Source of the DNA: an uncultured Pelagibacteraceae bacterium | GTDB lineage: Bacteria; Pseudomonadota; Alphaproteobacteria; Pelagibacterales; Pelagibacteraceae | Direction of reading: 5' to 3' | Assembly: GCA_902560245.1 (NCBI GenBank) | Contig: CACELK010000008.1 | Location: 4,459 to 68,458, forward strand | Length of the DNA stretch: 64,000 nucleotides | Shown: in pieces, positions 55,171-64,000 of the stretch | How positions within the stretch are numbered: the stretch's first letter is position 1 | How the letters are laid out: each line of letters begins with the position of its first letter | Notes under the pieces: model-generated | The model's input: the letters and a program-made list of their open reading frames with translations, nothing else | What the model was told of the DNA's origin: nothing | Databases searched by the model: none | Position numbers and translations under genes: made by a program

Positions 55171-56199
55171 TTACAGCTTTTTTTTTAATTTTTTTTTTAA
55201 AAAAAAATACAAAAATAAATAGGTGCAAATTAAAAAAAGAATTATCGAAACTAAAATTTCTGTATTATTTAAATAATTACTTCCATAGAAAATAAATATT
55301 AAATTTACCAAATTAATTAATATACCTGTAAGAGAATTGCTAAATTTAGTTGCTCCTATTTTTTGGTTTAGGTATTTGAATAAAAAATGATGTAAGTGTT
55401 CGTTATCGGCATAGGTTGAAAAACCTCGCTTTATGAATTTTCTTCTTAAAATTGAAAAGAAATTTTCAAAGGCTGGATACCATAATAAAAGGCAAATATA
55501 ATAAGGAGAAATTATATTTCTATACTCATCAAAAAATATAATTAAATAAAAACCAATATAGGTACTTATTAAATATGATCCATTATCACCTAAAAATGAT
55601 TTTGAAAATAAATTGAAAAAATAAAAAACTATCAAAAAATTCATTAAAATAGCAAGATTATAATAGTCAATAGATTTAAAATCTTTTGATATAAAAATAA
55701 TATTAATTATTATCACTATAAAGTAACCAGATGATAATCCATTTACACCATCAATAAAATTTGTCCCATTTATTAAGATTAACAAACAAAATAATGTAAA
55801 TAATATTTTAATTACTTGAAAATTCTCAATTAAATAGTCAAAATACGATAACCTTGTTTGAATTAGAAAGTTTTTATTAAAAAATAATAAAATACAGATT
55901 ATTAAAGACTGTAAAAATAGTCGAACAAATGGTGATTTAAGTTTTTGCATATCAGATAACAAGCCCAACAAAAACATGCCTAAGAATAAAATTTTATCTA
56001 TATAATTTAGATCTTCTATAAAAAAAAGAATACCAATAATTATTAATATCCCCCCAGAAAGAGGAACACTTTCAGACGTCAAAAATTTTTTGTGCTTGGA
56101 ACTTTCTATTTTATCTAATAAAAATTTTTTTTTTAATAAATAATGATTTAAAAAATAAAATACAGGTATCAGCAAAATAAATAAGTAATAATTACTCAA
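55171..56199 (-). CDS. WecA/MraY-family polyprenyl-phosphate sugar-1-phosphate transferase
   Basis: PLSGG, NFIDGVNGL, FLGDNGS and DNEHLHH motifs. Confidence 0.88.
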   Translation of the reverse strand: MSNYYLFILLIPVFYFLNHYLLKKKFLLDKIESSKHKKFLTSESVPLSGGILIIIGILFFIEDLNYIDKILFLGMFLLGLLSDMQKLKSPFVRLFLQSLIICILLFFNKNFLIQTRLSYFDYLIENFQVIKILFTLFCLLILINGTNFIDGVNGLSSGYFIVIIINIIFISKDFKSIDYYNLAILMNFLIVFYFFNLFSKSFLGDNGSYLISTYIGFYLIIFFDEYRNIISPYYICLLLWYPAFENFFSILRRKFIKRGFSTYADNEHLHHFLFKYLNQKIGATKFSNSLTGILINLVNLIFIFYGSNYLNNTEILVSIILFLICTYLFLYFFLKKKLKKKL

Positions 56200-56215
56200 A
56201 ATGAACTCATAATAT

Positions 56216-57265
56216 TTATTTAATTTGTTGTTTTTGTGAATTTATATCACTCATCAACATTTCATATACTAATGCCTTAAAATCATATTTAGGTTTGTAT
56301 TTAAGTAACCTTTTAGCTTTAGAAGAATCGCCTCGTAAATAGTTTATATCTAAAGGTCTAAAATATCTTTTATCAATTTTTATAAAAAGTTTTTTTTTAT
56401 TATTTTTAACTTCATACGCTTTTTCATTTATTCCTTTGCCCTTCCAAACTAATTTAATTTTTAATAATTTACATGCATAATTTATAAATTCTTTAACACT
56501 ATAGGCATTATCAGTTGAAATTACATAATCATCCGGTTTTTTTTGTTGCAAAATCTTCCACTGCATTGCTACATAATCCTTTGCATGTCCCCAATCACGT
56601 TTCGCATATATATTTCCGAGTTTCAAAATACCTTTGCCCGTCAAAAAATATTTTGCTAAAAACATTGTTATTTTTCTTGTAACAAAAGTTTCTCCTCTTC
56701 TAGGACTTTCATGATTAAATAGCATGCCGCTCGATGCAAAAATTCCATATGACTCTCTATAAACTTTAGTAATATGATGAGCGAACAATTTTGAAACACC
56801 ATAGGGAGATTTTGGATTTAGCTCAGATTTTTCGTCAAATTTTGTTCTGCCTCCTTTTTCCCCAAAAAGTTCAGAGGTAGTTGCTTGATAAAATTTTGTT
56901 TTTAAATTTAAAAATCTAATAATTTCCAATATTCTAAGTGCTCCAAGACCAGATACTTCCGCGGTATAAAGAGGGGTTTCAAAAGATACTCCAACATGGC
57001 TTTGTGCACCAAGGTTGTAAATTTCATGAGGTCTAACCTTATTTATAATCTTAAATATACTATCAGAGTCAGTTAAATCTCCGTAGTGTAAAAAAAATTT
57101 AGATTTAAATTTTGAATTTTCAAAAATATGGTCAATTCTATCAGTATTAAAAGATGATGACTTTCTTTTAACTCCATGAACTACATAATTTTTTCGCAGC
57201 AAAAATTCTGCGAGATAAGATCCATCTTGTCCTGTTATACCTGTAATTAAAGCTTTTTTTTTCAT
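56216..57265 (-). CDS. gmd: GDP-mannose 4,6-dehydratase
   Basis: GITGQDGSYL, AQSHV, FNHESPRRG and RDWGHA motifs. Confidence 0.97.
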   Translation of the reverse strand: MKKKALITGITGQDGSYLAEFLLRKNYVVHGVKRKSSSFNTDRIDHIFENSKFKSKFFLHYGDLTDSDSIFKIINKVRPHEIYNLGAQSHVGVSFETPLYTAEVSGLGALRILEIIRFLNLKTKFYQATTSELFGEKGGRTKFDEKSELNPKSPYGVSKLFAHHITKVYRESYGIFASSGMLFNHESPRRGETFVTRKITMFLAKYFLTGKGILKLGNIYAKRDWGHAKDYVAMQWKILQQKKPDDYVISTDNAYSVKEFINYACKLLKIKLVWKGKGINEKAYEVKNNKKKLFIKIDKRYFRPLDINYLRGDSSKAKRLLKYKPKYDFKALVYEMLMSDINSQKQQIK

Positions 57266-57320
57266 AAGCTTGTTAATAGAGATATCGATTAAAAAAAAAA
57301 ATTCAATTAATTAATTTTTT

Positions 57321-58571
57321 TTAATAATAAAACATACAAAATATCAAAAAGAATAAAAAATACGTATAAATTGCCGATAATTTCTTTGTGTTAAAATCAA
57401 TTATTTCATCGAAATTTTTAAAATTTACTAATCCAAAAAATACAAAGTAAAAAAGTGGGTCAAAGTATTTTTGATATATTGTATACATAGGGAATGAAAT
57501 TAAAAAAATAAATAATAACAAATAATTCTTTTTTCTGTAATCTTTAAAAGAATAATCAATTAACGTCAGTGATAAAATACTAAAAATATACATCGCAAAT
57601 TTTATATTTATATTAGTGAGTTCAAATAACTTTTTAAAAACACCACCTCCGTATATAGAAAAATAAATTAAATTATTTTTAAGAAAGAAGTCAACTAAAA
57701 TAAAAAAAGTTAAAAGTAAAAATATTTTAATTAATACATCATAATTTTTTTTGTAATATTCAAATATTTTTTTAAATTTAAATACAAAAAAAGGAAACAA
57801 ATAAAAAAGTAATATGGATAATATTAAAAAGAAATTACTTGGATAACTTAGCCCAGTATAATTTATTGCTCTATTCAAAAATATTGTATTTTCGAAAATA
57901 TAATAAAAATATCCAAAAGCTGGCAATGAAATTAAAAAACAATAAACTAAAACTGTAAATTTCCATTTAAAATTTAAAAATTTATTAAACTCATAAAAGT
58001 AGAACAAAATGAATGGTGCATAATAATATCTAATATAAGAACATAATATTAAAAATGTAATACATAAAAATAAATCAATTTTTTTTTTATTGCTATTTTT
58101 TAAAAATTTTAAATAAAAAAGTACTGAAACAGAAAAAAATATTAGAGCTAGATTGTCCCCAGTAATCCATATTGATGAAGATCTAAAATATGGTGACAAA
58201 AATATTATTAATGAGAATACAAATAATCCAGATGAATTTTTAGTAGTTTTTTTTTTTAAAATAAAAAAAAAAATTATTGGTAGAATTGAACTAAAAAAAA
58301 TATAAAAAATTTTTGTTATAAAAATATTTCCAAATAAATTATTTAAATTTCCTAATAATATATAATGAACGGGTGAATGAATAATCGTAGCAGCATTATC
58401 GAGATATAGAAAAAGTGCTTGTTCAAAATTCCTTCCAAATGCCTCTATATAAGGAATTAAAATATTAAAGTCCTTTTTTGATCCTCCGCTTGAGTTTTCG
58501 CCGAAAAAAAGTCCAACTAATAATGAAAAAACAAACAAAAAGTATATTAAAATTTTTTTTGAATGACTCAT
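57321..58571 (-). CDS. Polytopic membrane protein, possible GT-C glycosyltransferase
   Basis: TM1 plus D-containing loop; HSP, SPYFRSS.W.TGDN and QKYFDP motifs. Confidence 0.5.
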   Translation of the reverse strand: MSHSKKILIYFLFVFSLLVGLFFGENSSGGSKKDFNILIPYIEAFGRNFEQALFLYLDNAATIIHSPVHYILLGNLNNLFGNIFITKIFYIFFSSILPIIFFFILKKKTTKNSSGLFVFSLIIFLSPYFRSSSIWITGDNLALIFFSVSVLFYLKFLKNSNKKKIDLFLCITFLILCSYIRYYYAPFILFYFYEFNKFLNFKWKFTVLVYCFLISLPAFGYFYYIFENTIFLNRAINYTGLSYPSNFFLILSILLFYLFPFFVFKFKKIFEYYKKNYDVLIKIFLLLTFFILVDFFLKNNLIYFSIYGGGVFKKLFELTNINIKFAMYIFSILSLTLIDYSFKDYRKKNYLLLFIFLISFPMYTIYQKYFDPLFYFVFFGLVNFKNFDEIIDFNTKKLSAIYTYFLFFLIFCMFYY

Positions 58572-58642
58572 ATTAATTGTTTATATATTTTTTAATTTGA
58601 AAATTACATTATATTTAAAAAATTTATTATCAAAAATTCAAT

Positions 58643-59491
58643 ATGAATAAAAACTACCTTATATCTATTGCTACTTTTAAAGAGTCTGAAAACCTCAAAA
58701 AATTAATCAACGATATTAGATTATACGATAAAAAAACAAAAATATTAATTATTAATGATTTCTCAAATGATAAAACTCTTGAAGTCATAAGTAATATTCA
58801 TGACAAAAATATCGAAGTAATTGAAAGACCAAAAAAACTTGGCTTAGGAACAGCTCATTTGTTATCTATTTTATATGCAATTAAAAATAAATATGATTTT
58901 TTACTTACTATGGATGCAGACTTATCGCATGAACCAAAAAATATCCCAGATTTATTCGCTTTGGCGAAAGAAAAATCTTTTGTGATTGGTTCTAGATATT
59001 GCAAGGGTGGCAAATGTGATTACACTGGTTTTAGAAAAATAGTTTCAAGTTTAGGTAATAAAATTGCGACTTCAATTTTAAAAGTTAAATTGAAAGAGAT
59101 TACAACATATTACAGAGTGTATGATGTAAAGTTACTAAAAATGTTACCGTTCAATGAATTAAAAGCCTCTGGATATAGTTTAGGCGTAAAAATTGTTTGG
59201 TTTATGAAAATTTTAGGTGCAGATTTAATTGAAACACCAATACACTTCAAGGATAGAAATAAAGGTAAATCTAAAATACCAAAGATGCAGATTATTATAA
59301 GTGCTTTGGATCTTATAATTATTAAATTAAGCGAAAAATTTACCAGAAGAAATTTAAATATTTCAAATAAAAGTTATTCATTTGAAAAAACATGCGATGC
59401 ATGTAAAAGTAATTTTTTTTCACAATTTAAACACAATATATTTAGATGTTTAGTTTGTTTAAAAAAAAAGAAAATTCTTTCAAATGATTAA
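58643..59491 (+). CDS. Polyprenol-monophosphomannose synthase-like GT2 with a C-terminal CxxC pair
   Basis: IINDFSND, KLGLGTA, MDADLSH, IGSRY and F.DR..GKSK motifs. Confidence 0.88.
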   Translation: MNKNYLISIATFKESENLKKLINDIRLYDKKTKILIINDFSNDKTLEVISNIHDKNIEVIERPKKLGLGTAHLLSILYAIKNKYDFLLTMDADLSHEPKNIPDLFALAKEKSFVIGSRYCKGGKCDYTGFRKIVSSLGNKIATSILKVKLKEITTYYRVYDVKLLKMLPFNELKASGYSLGVKIVWFMKILGADLIETPIHFKDRNKGKSKIPKMQIIISALDLIIIKLSEKFTRRNLNISNKSYSFEKTCDACKSNFFSQFKHNIFRCLVCLKKKKILSND

Positions 59492-60587
59492 CAAAAACGT
59501 TGTTTTTTTTATGCCTTATATGGAAGGCGGTGGAGTAGAAAAAAACTTATTTTTAGCGAGTAATTATTTGTCTAAAAAAATCAATAATGTATTTATCTGT
59601 ACGTCCTCAAAAAAATTTAAAAAAAAATTTAACTCAGATATTAAGTTCCTTGTCCCTAAAAAAAACTTTCAAAAAAGTAAAAATATGAGAATTAATTACT
59701 TATATTGTCTTATTTTATTATTTTTTTTCTTAATAAAAAATAAAAATACTTTAGTTTTTAGTTTTCAGGCAAACATATATTGTTTAATAATTTGTAAAAT
59801 TCTTAATATTAGAATTTTAGTTAGATCAAACACATCACCTTCTGGATGGAAGCATAATTTTTTAAAAAAGTTTATTTATGGAAAAATAATTAGTTTTGCT
59901 GACGAAATAGTCACAAATAGTGAAGATTTTAAAAGTCAAATGAATAAAAACTTCAATATAAAATCAATTTGTATTTATAATCCACTCGATAAAAATGAAA
60001 TAATTAAAAAATCAAAACAAAAAATAAATTTTAATTTTTTCAAATCTAAACAAGCTTTAAAAATAATTAACATTGGAAGATTTACCGAACAAAAAGATCA
60101 AATGACCATTCTAAAATCAGCAGAAATATTGAAAAAAAAAAAAATTAAATTTAAGCTGCTTTTAATTGGTCAAGGTGTCGAAAAGGATAATCTTAAACAT
60201 TTTATTGAGAAAAAAAATTTAAATAATTTTGTAAAAATCTTAAATTTTCAAGAAAATCCTTATAAATTTATAAATAAATCAGATATTTTTGTTTTATCCT
60301 CAAAATATGAGGGTTTACCAAATGTTCTTTTAGAAGCTGCAGTGCTTAAAAAATTTATTATTTCATCAAATTGCCCAACTGGGCCTAAAGAAATATTGCT
60401 AAATGGCAAGGGTGGAGCTCTATTTAAAGTTGGAGATTTTGATGACTTAGCAAAAAAAATCATTAAATTTAAAAAAAATCAAAAAATATTACGTAAAAAA
60501 ATTTTATTAAATTACAAAAATTTACATAGATTTGATTATTTTTTAAATATTGAAAAGTATTTTGATTTAGTAAAAAAGTATATTTGA
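59484..60587 (+). CDS. GT4 glycosyltransferase
   Basis: GGGVEK, IGRFTEQKD and EGLPNVLLE motifs. Confidence 0.9.
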   Translation: MINKNVVFFMPYMEGGGVEKNLFLASNYLSKKINNVFICTSSKKFKKKFNSDIKFLVPKKNFQKSKNMRINYLYCLILLFFFLIKNKNTLVFSFQANIYCLIICKILNIRILVRSNTSPSGWKHNFLKKFIYGKIISFADEIVTNSEDFKSQMNKNFNIKSICIYNPLDKNEIIKKSKQKINFNFFKSKQALKIINIGRFTEQKDQMTILKSAEILKKKKIKFKLLLIGQGVEKDNLKHFIEKKNLNNFVKILNFQENPYKFINKSDIFVLSSKYEGLPNVLLEAAVLKKFIISSNCPTGPKEILLNGKGGALFKVGDFDDLAKKIIKFKKNQKILRKKILLNYKNLHRFDYFLNIEKYFDLVKKYI

Positions 60588-60590
60588 TTA

Positions 60591-61733
60591 TTAAACTAAC
60601 AATTTATTTAAAGCAACATAATGCCTAAACATCGTATATTTTAAACAATTTTTTTTGGCACCAATTTTTTTATTTTTCAGATTTTCAAAATTTTTACAAA
60701 ACTCATTTAATTGGTTTTTAAGTGCATTTTTTTTATTACTTTCATAAATAAAACCATATTTACCATTTGATATTATTTCAGAAGGTCCATAGGGACAATC
60801 ACTTGATATTATATATGTATTTGATAATGCTGACTCTATTAAAACTGCACCAGGCTCTTCCCATAAAGAAGATAAGATAAAACCAGTAGATTTTTTCATG
60901 TAAAATTGAACGTTTTCTGAAAAACCCATTAAAAAAATATTATCACTTAAATTTTTTTTTTTTATTAATTTTAACAATTTTTCCTTTTCCTCGCCTTTTC
61001 CAAAGATAAGAAGATTGTAATTTTTTTTTTCTTTTATAAAGTTGGAAAACTCATTAATTAAATAGGAAAAATTTTTTTGTTTTGATAATCTACCTACAGC
61101 AATAAAATATTTTTTTTCAATTAAACTTAAATTTTTACTTTTATAATTAATTTGGCTGTTAATAAACTTTTTAATATTTATCATAGCATCAGGTAAGAAA
61201 AATATTTTTTCTTTATCAAAAATATTTGCCGAAATATAATGATTTAATAATTGTTTAGTTGGAGTAGTTACTTTATATATTTTTCCAGATAACAATGTCC
61301 AAAATTTTTTTCTTATAAAATTCATTTTGGGAAGTCCAGAAATTCTTAATATAAAGTTCGTATTAAATTTAAAAAAAAATAATAGACAAAGTGGAAGAGA
61401 AGTAATTAAATGCATTATTAAAAAGTTTGGTGATTTTTTTTTAATTAAATTTAATAATGGAAAAAAAGAAAGTAAAAAAATTAAAAAATAAGAAACTCTA
61501 CTTTTAAAATACCCTTCTTTAGGTAAAAATTTAAATATTTTTATTGGAAAATCAATTAGTTCAACATTTTTTTTCAAAAAAAAACTTTTATAATTATCCC
61601 ATTCGCCGCATGCGTTTATTATTTTAACTCTATAACTTTTGCTATATGTGGCTAAACCTATTGCTGAATTAATAGTAGAATTAATAGTTCCTACATTGGA
61701 TAAGCACGGTGACCAGTAATAAACTTCTTTCAT
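60591..61733 (-). CDS. GT4 glycosyltransferase
   Basis: VGRLSKQKN, EEPGAVLIE and SSDCPYGP motifs. Confidence 0.88.
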   Translation of the reverse strand: MKEVYYWSPCLSNVGTINSTINSAIGLATYSKSYRVKIINACGEWDNYKSFFLKKNVELIDFPIKIFKFLPKEGYFKSRVSYFLIFLLSFFPLLNLIKKKSPNFLIMHLITSLPLCLLFFFKFNTNFILRISGLPKMNFIRKKFWTLLSGKIYKVTTPTKQLLNHYISANIFDKEKIFFLPDAMINIKKFINSQINYKSKNLSLIEKKYFIAVGRLSKQKNFSYLINEFSNFIKEKKNYNLLIFGKGEEKEKLLKLIKKKNLSDNIFLMGFSENVQFYMKKSTGFILSSLWEEPGAVLIESALSNTYIISSDCPYGPSEIISNGKYGFIYESNKKNALKNQLNEFCKNFENLKNKKIGAKKNCLKYTMFRHYVALNKLLV

Positions 61734-61740
61734 ATAAATT

Positions 61741-63366
61741 TTATTTAATAATTACAAATTTTTTTCCTAAAATATTTATTTTTCCAAAATTATTATAATT
61801 ACTATTAAAGTAATTAATATACCTATTATAAAATTTTTCATCTCCTCCATGGTATATATAACTTGTACTTATAAATGGATTATAATTATATTGAGAATTT
61901 TCTTTTATTATTCTATTTACATTTCTGCTTAAAAAGATTGTTAATACTATTAAAATTACTATCCAACTTTTATTATAAAAAGTATTATAATTTATTTGTA
62001 ATTTATTAAATTTTACAATTAAAGGAAAAAATAAAATTAAAGCAAATAATTGATACCCTCCATATCTTAATGCTGGATGCTTTAAAAACCATTCAAAAAA
62101 ACAAATTAGAAGATAAATATATATTAATTTAAACTCAAATTTTTTTGAATTAACATTATTTTTTGTCTTTAAAATAAATAAAATCCAAAAAACTATAATT
62201 AATAAAAATAACCCTAAAAGAAAATCACTTATCTTATTAAAAAAATAATTTTCTATCCAGTTACTTACCCAATTAAAATTAGCTATATATTCAGAGGCGT
62301 TAGCAATTTTATAGTTTGGTGACGCGCCTGCTTTAGACCACAATTCATACCATTGATTAACATCCCTAATTGTATTTTCAGAGAAAGACCATTGCAAATT
62401 TTCAAAGCATGTAAAAAAAGCAGGATAAATTAAACACCCTGAGTTTAAAAAATTAAAAAAAAATACAAAAAATAGAAGTATAAAAGAGTACAATGTTACA
62501 GATGAAAGAAATAATTTTATAATATTTTCTCTAAAAATTTTTACTGAAAACGTAATTAATAAAATAGGTAAATATATTAAATAAAATGGTTTTAATGAAA
62601 CCAACAAAATCAGTAAAATTAAACTTAAATTAAAAAGATTTTTATTCCTTTTATAGTACAAATCTCTACTTGAATTTAAAATCATAACCAGCAAAATAAT
62701 AATAATAAATATTAATATTTGACCTGATCTATCTGTTCCATGTTCAGCTAACCTATAAAAGAAAACATTTATAAATGATAAACTTAAAAGACTTTGAAAG
62801 TTTATAAATTTATAATTATTAAAATTATTTTTATAAAAAATAAAATTATAAAAAACTAAATTTGCAAAACCCAAAAAATAAACAGGAGATATATTGAGAA
62901 GAAAATGATGAATTTTAGGTAAATAAAATAATGAATTTAAAAAAAATAAAGATGAGTGGTTTCTAAAACCTGGATTAAGTTGACCAAAACCTATTGGATG
63001 TTCATATTGGGTTAGAAAAAATGAGTAAGGATAATGATAATACGGAAAATCATCATGATTTTTAGCAACGAGTATAAAAATTATTAAAATCGCGAATATT
63101 GCTAAATGTTGGATTAGATCTTTTTTATATTTTCCTTTAAAAAAAAAAATAAACGAAAAAATCCCTATCAGATGAACAACAATATTAAAAAAATAATCAT
63201 GTACAAAGAATAAAGTTGAAATATAAGAAATAAATATTAAAAAAGATATTCCAATTAAACCTAAAAATCCAAAATTTAAAAAATTAATTTTTAAAAGTTT
63301 ACTTAAAATAAACCCATAACCTAATAAGCTTATTGAGATGGCTAAATAATAAGATATATAAAACAT
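61741..63366 (-). CDS. Large polytopic membrane protein, possible GT-C
   Basis: More than 12 TM segments; HDDFPYYH, GTDR, LKP and HPALRYG motifs. Confidence 0.5.
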   Translation of the reverse strand: MFYISYYLAISISLLGYGFILSKLLKINFLNFGFLGLIGISFLIFISYISTLFFVHDYFFNIVVHLIGIFSFIFFFKGKYKKDLIQHLAIFAILIIFILVAKNHDDFPYYHYPYSFFLTQYEHPIGFGQLNPGFRNHSSLFFLNSLFYLPKIHHFLLNISPVYFLGFANLVFYNFIFYKNNFNNYKFINFQSLLSLSFINVFFYRLAEHGTDRSGQILIFIIIILLVMILNSSRDLYYKRNKNLFNLSLILLILLVSLKPFYLIYLPILLITFSVKIFRENIIKLFLSSVTLYSFILLFFVFFFNFLNSGCLIYPAFFTCFENLQWSFSENTIRDVNQWYELWSKAGASPNYKIANASEYIANFNWVSNWIENYFFNKISDFLLGLFLLIIVFWILFILKTKNNVNSKKFEFKLIYIYLLICFFEWFLKHPALRYGGYQLFALILFFPLIVKFNKLQINYNTFYNKSWIVILIVLTIFLSRNVNRIIKENSQYNYNPFISTSYIYHGGDEKFYNRYINYFNSNYNNFGKINILGKKFVIIK

Positions 63367-63388
63367 ATTATAGATTATAAATTATTAA

Positions 63389-64000
63389 TTAAAAAATCAT
63401 CTTAGTAATATTTGACTCAAACTTTAATTTTGTAATTTTTTTTAATTTTTTATTATTTGCTACCAGATATGTTCTTTTTTTATTATCAGAAAAAATCGCT
63501 TTTTTTTTATATTTATATAATATTATTTTTGCAATATTTTTTAAATAAACTCCTTTACCAGATCCAATATTTAATGTACCAACAAATTTTTTTTTAAGTA
63601 ATAAATTTATTACTTTTGCAATATCTTCCATTGAAACAAAATCTCTATAGTGATTAAGATTTTTTAAAATTAATGTTTTTTTTGTTTTTTTTATTTTATC
63701 TTTTAAATCTGGTATTAAATAATTTTTTCTTTGATTTTTATTTGAGGTACTAAAAATTCTACCTATACAATAATTTTTTAAATTTTTTTTTACATATTTT
63801 TCTGCTAACAATTTAGTTCTTCCATAATAAGATATTGGTATCGTTTGAAAATTTTCCTTAATCGGGATTTTGTAAGATTTATAAACGTGTGAAGTTGAGG
63901 CTAAAAAAAACCATTTAATATTTAGTGATTTTGAGATATCAACTATATTTTTTGTACCTATATAATTCACGTTATATGCCTTTTTTTTATTCATATTAAC
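63389..64000 (-). CDS. NAD-dependent epimerase/dehydratase, C-terminal part; truncated by the window edge
   Basis: ASTSHVY, YGRTK (YxxxK), RDFV and NIGSG motifs. Confidence 0.88.
   Translation of the reverse strand, partial: VNMNKKKAYNVNYIGTKNIVDISKSLNIKWFFLASTSHVYKSYKIPIKENFQTIPISYYGRTKLLAEKYVKKNLKNYCIGRIFSTSNKNQRKNYLIPDLKDKIKKTKKTLILKNLNHYRDFVSMEDIAKVINLLLKKKFVGTLNIGSGKGVYLKNIAKIILYKYKKKAIFSDNKKRTYLVANNKKLKKITKLKFESNITKMIF

Larger units (their letters stand above)
51248..64000. other. Cell-surface glycosylation island (SAR11 HVR2-like), 5S-proximal part; continues beyond the window
   Basis: Only sugar-nucleotide, glycosyltransferase and polytopic membrane genes; visibly more AT-rich; bounded by the lone 5S gene. 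Confidence 0.85.

Overview
AT-rich, tightly packed alphaproteobacterial chromosome segment. Gene content, tiny intergenic gaps and a stand-alone 5S rRNA bordering a glycosylation island point to SAR11/Pelagibacterales. This is an inference; no database search was run. Positions 1-51.2 kb are mostly core genes: prpE/acs-like, pyrC, ygfZ, nadA-nadC, ppdK, glyQS, isoprenoid genes, aroC, rluD-rpoH, purA-thiD-glmM-folP-ftsH-tilS, tol-pal, yebC, ymdB, fau, zapA, tkt-gap-pgk-fba, efp, rpmE, trcR, rpsU and pntAB. Three tRNAs (Leu-GAG, Arg-TCG, fMet), a 5S rRNA and an L36 gene absent from the ORF track were read directly from the sequence. Positions 51.2-64 kb are the 5S-proximal end of a cell-surface glycosylation island (HVR2-like). 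The main oddities are: (1) rpsU apparently starts at AUU behind a strong SD and sits 4 nt before tRNA-fMet; (2) a MOC1/phage-type resolvase replaces ruvC-ruvA-ruvB-ybgC; (3) a 5S rRNA with its own promoter lies 9 nt before rpmJ; (4) a polyprenol-phosphate-sugar/GT-C glycosylation set has single-gene outliers next to tRNAs; (5) tRNA-Arg has a UCG anticodon; (6) the usual 6S RNA and nadB positions are empty; (7) GAPDH carries an NADP-type signature. No integrase, transposase, CRISPR array or defence system was seen.
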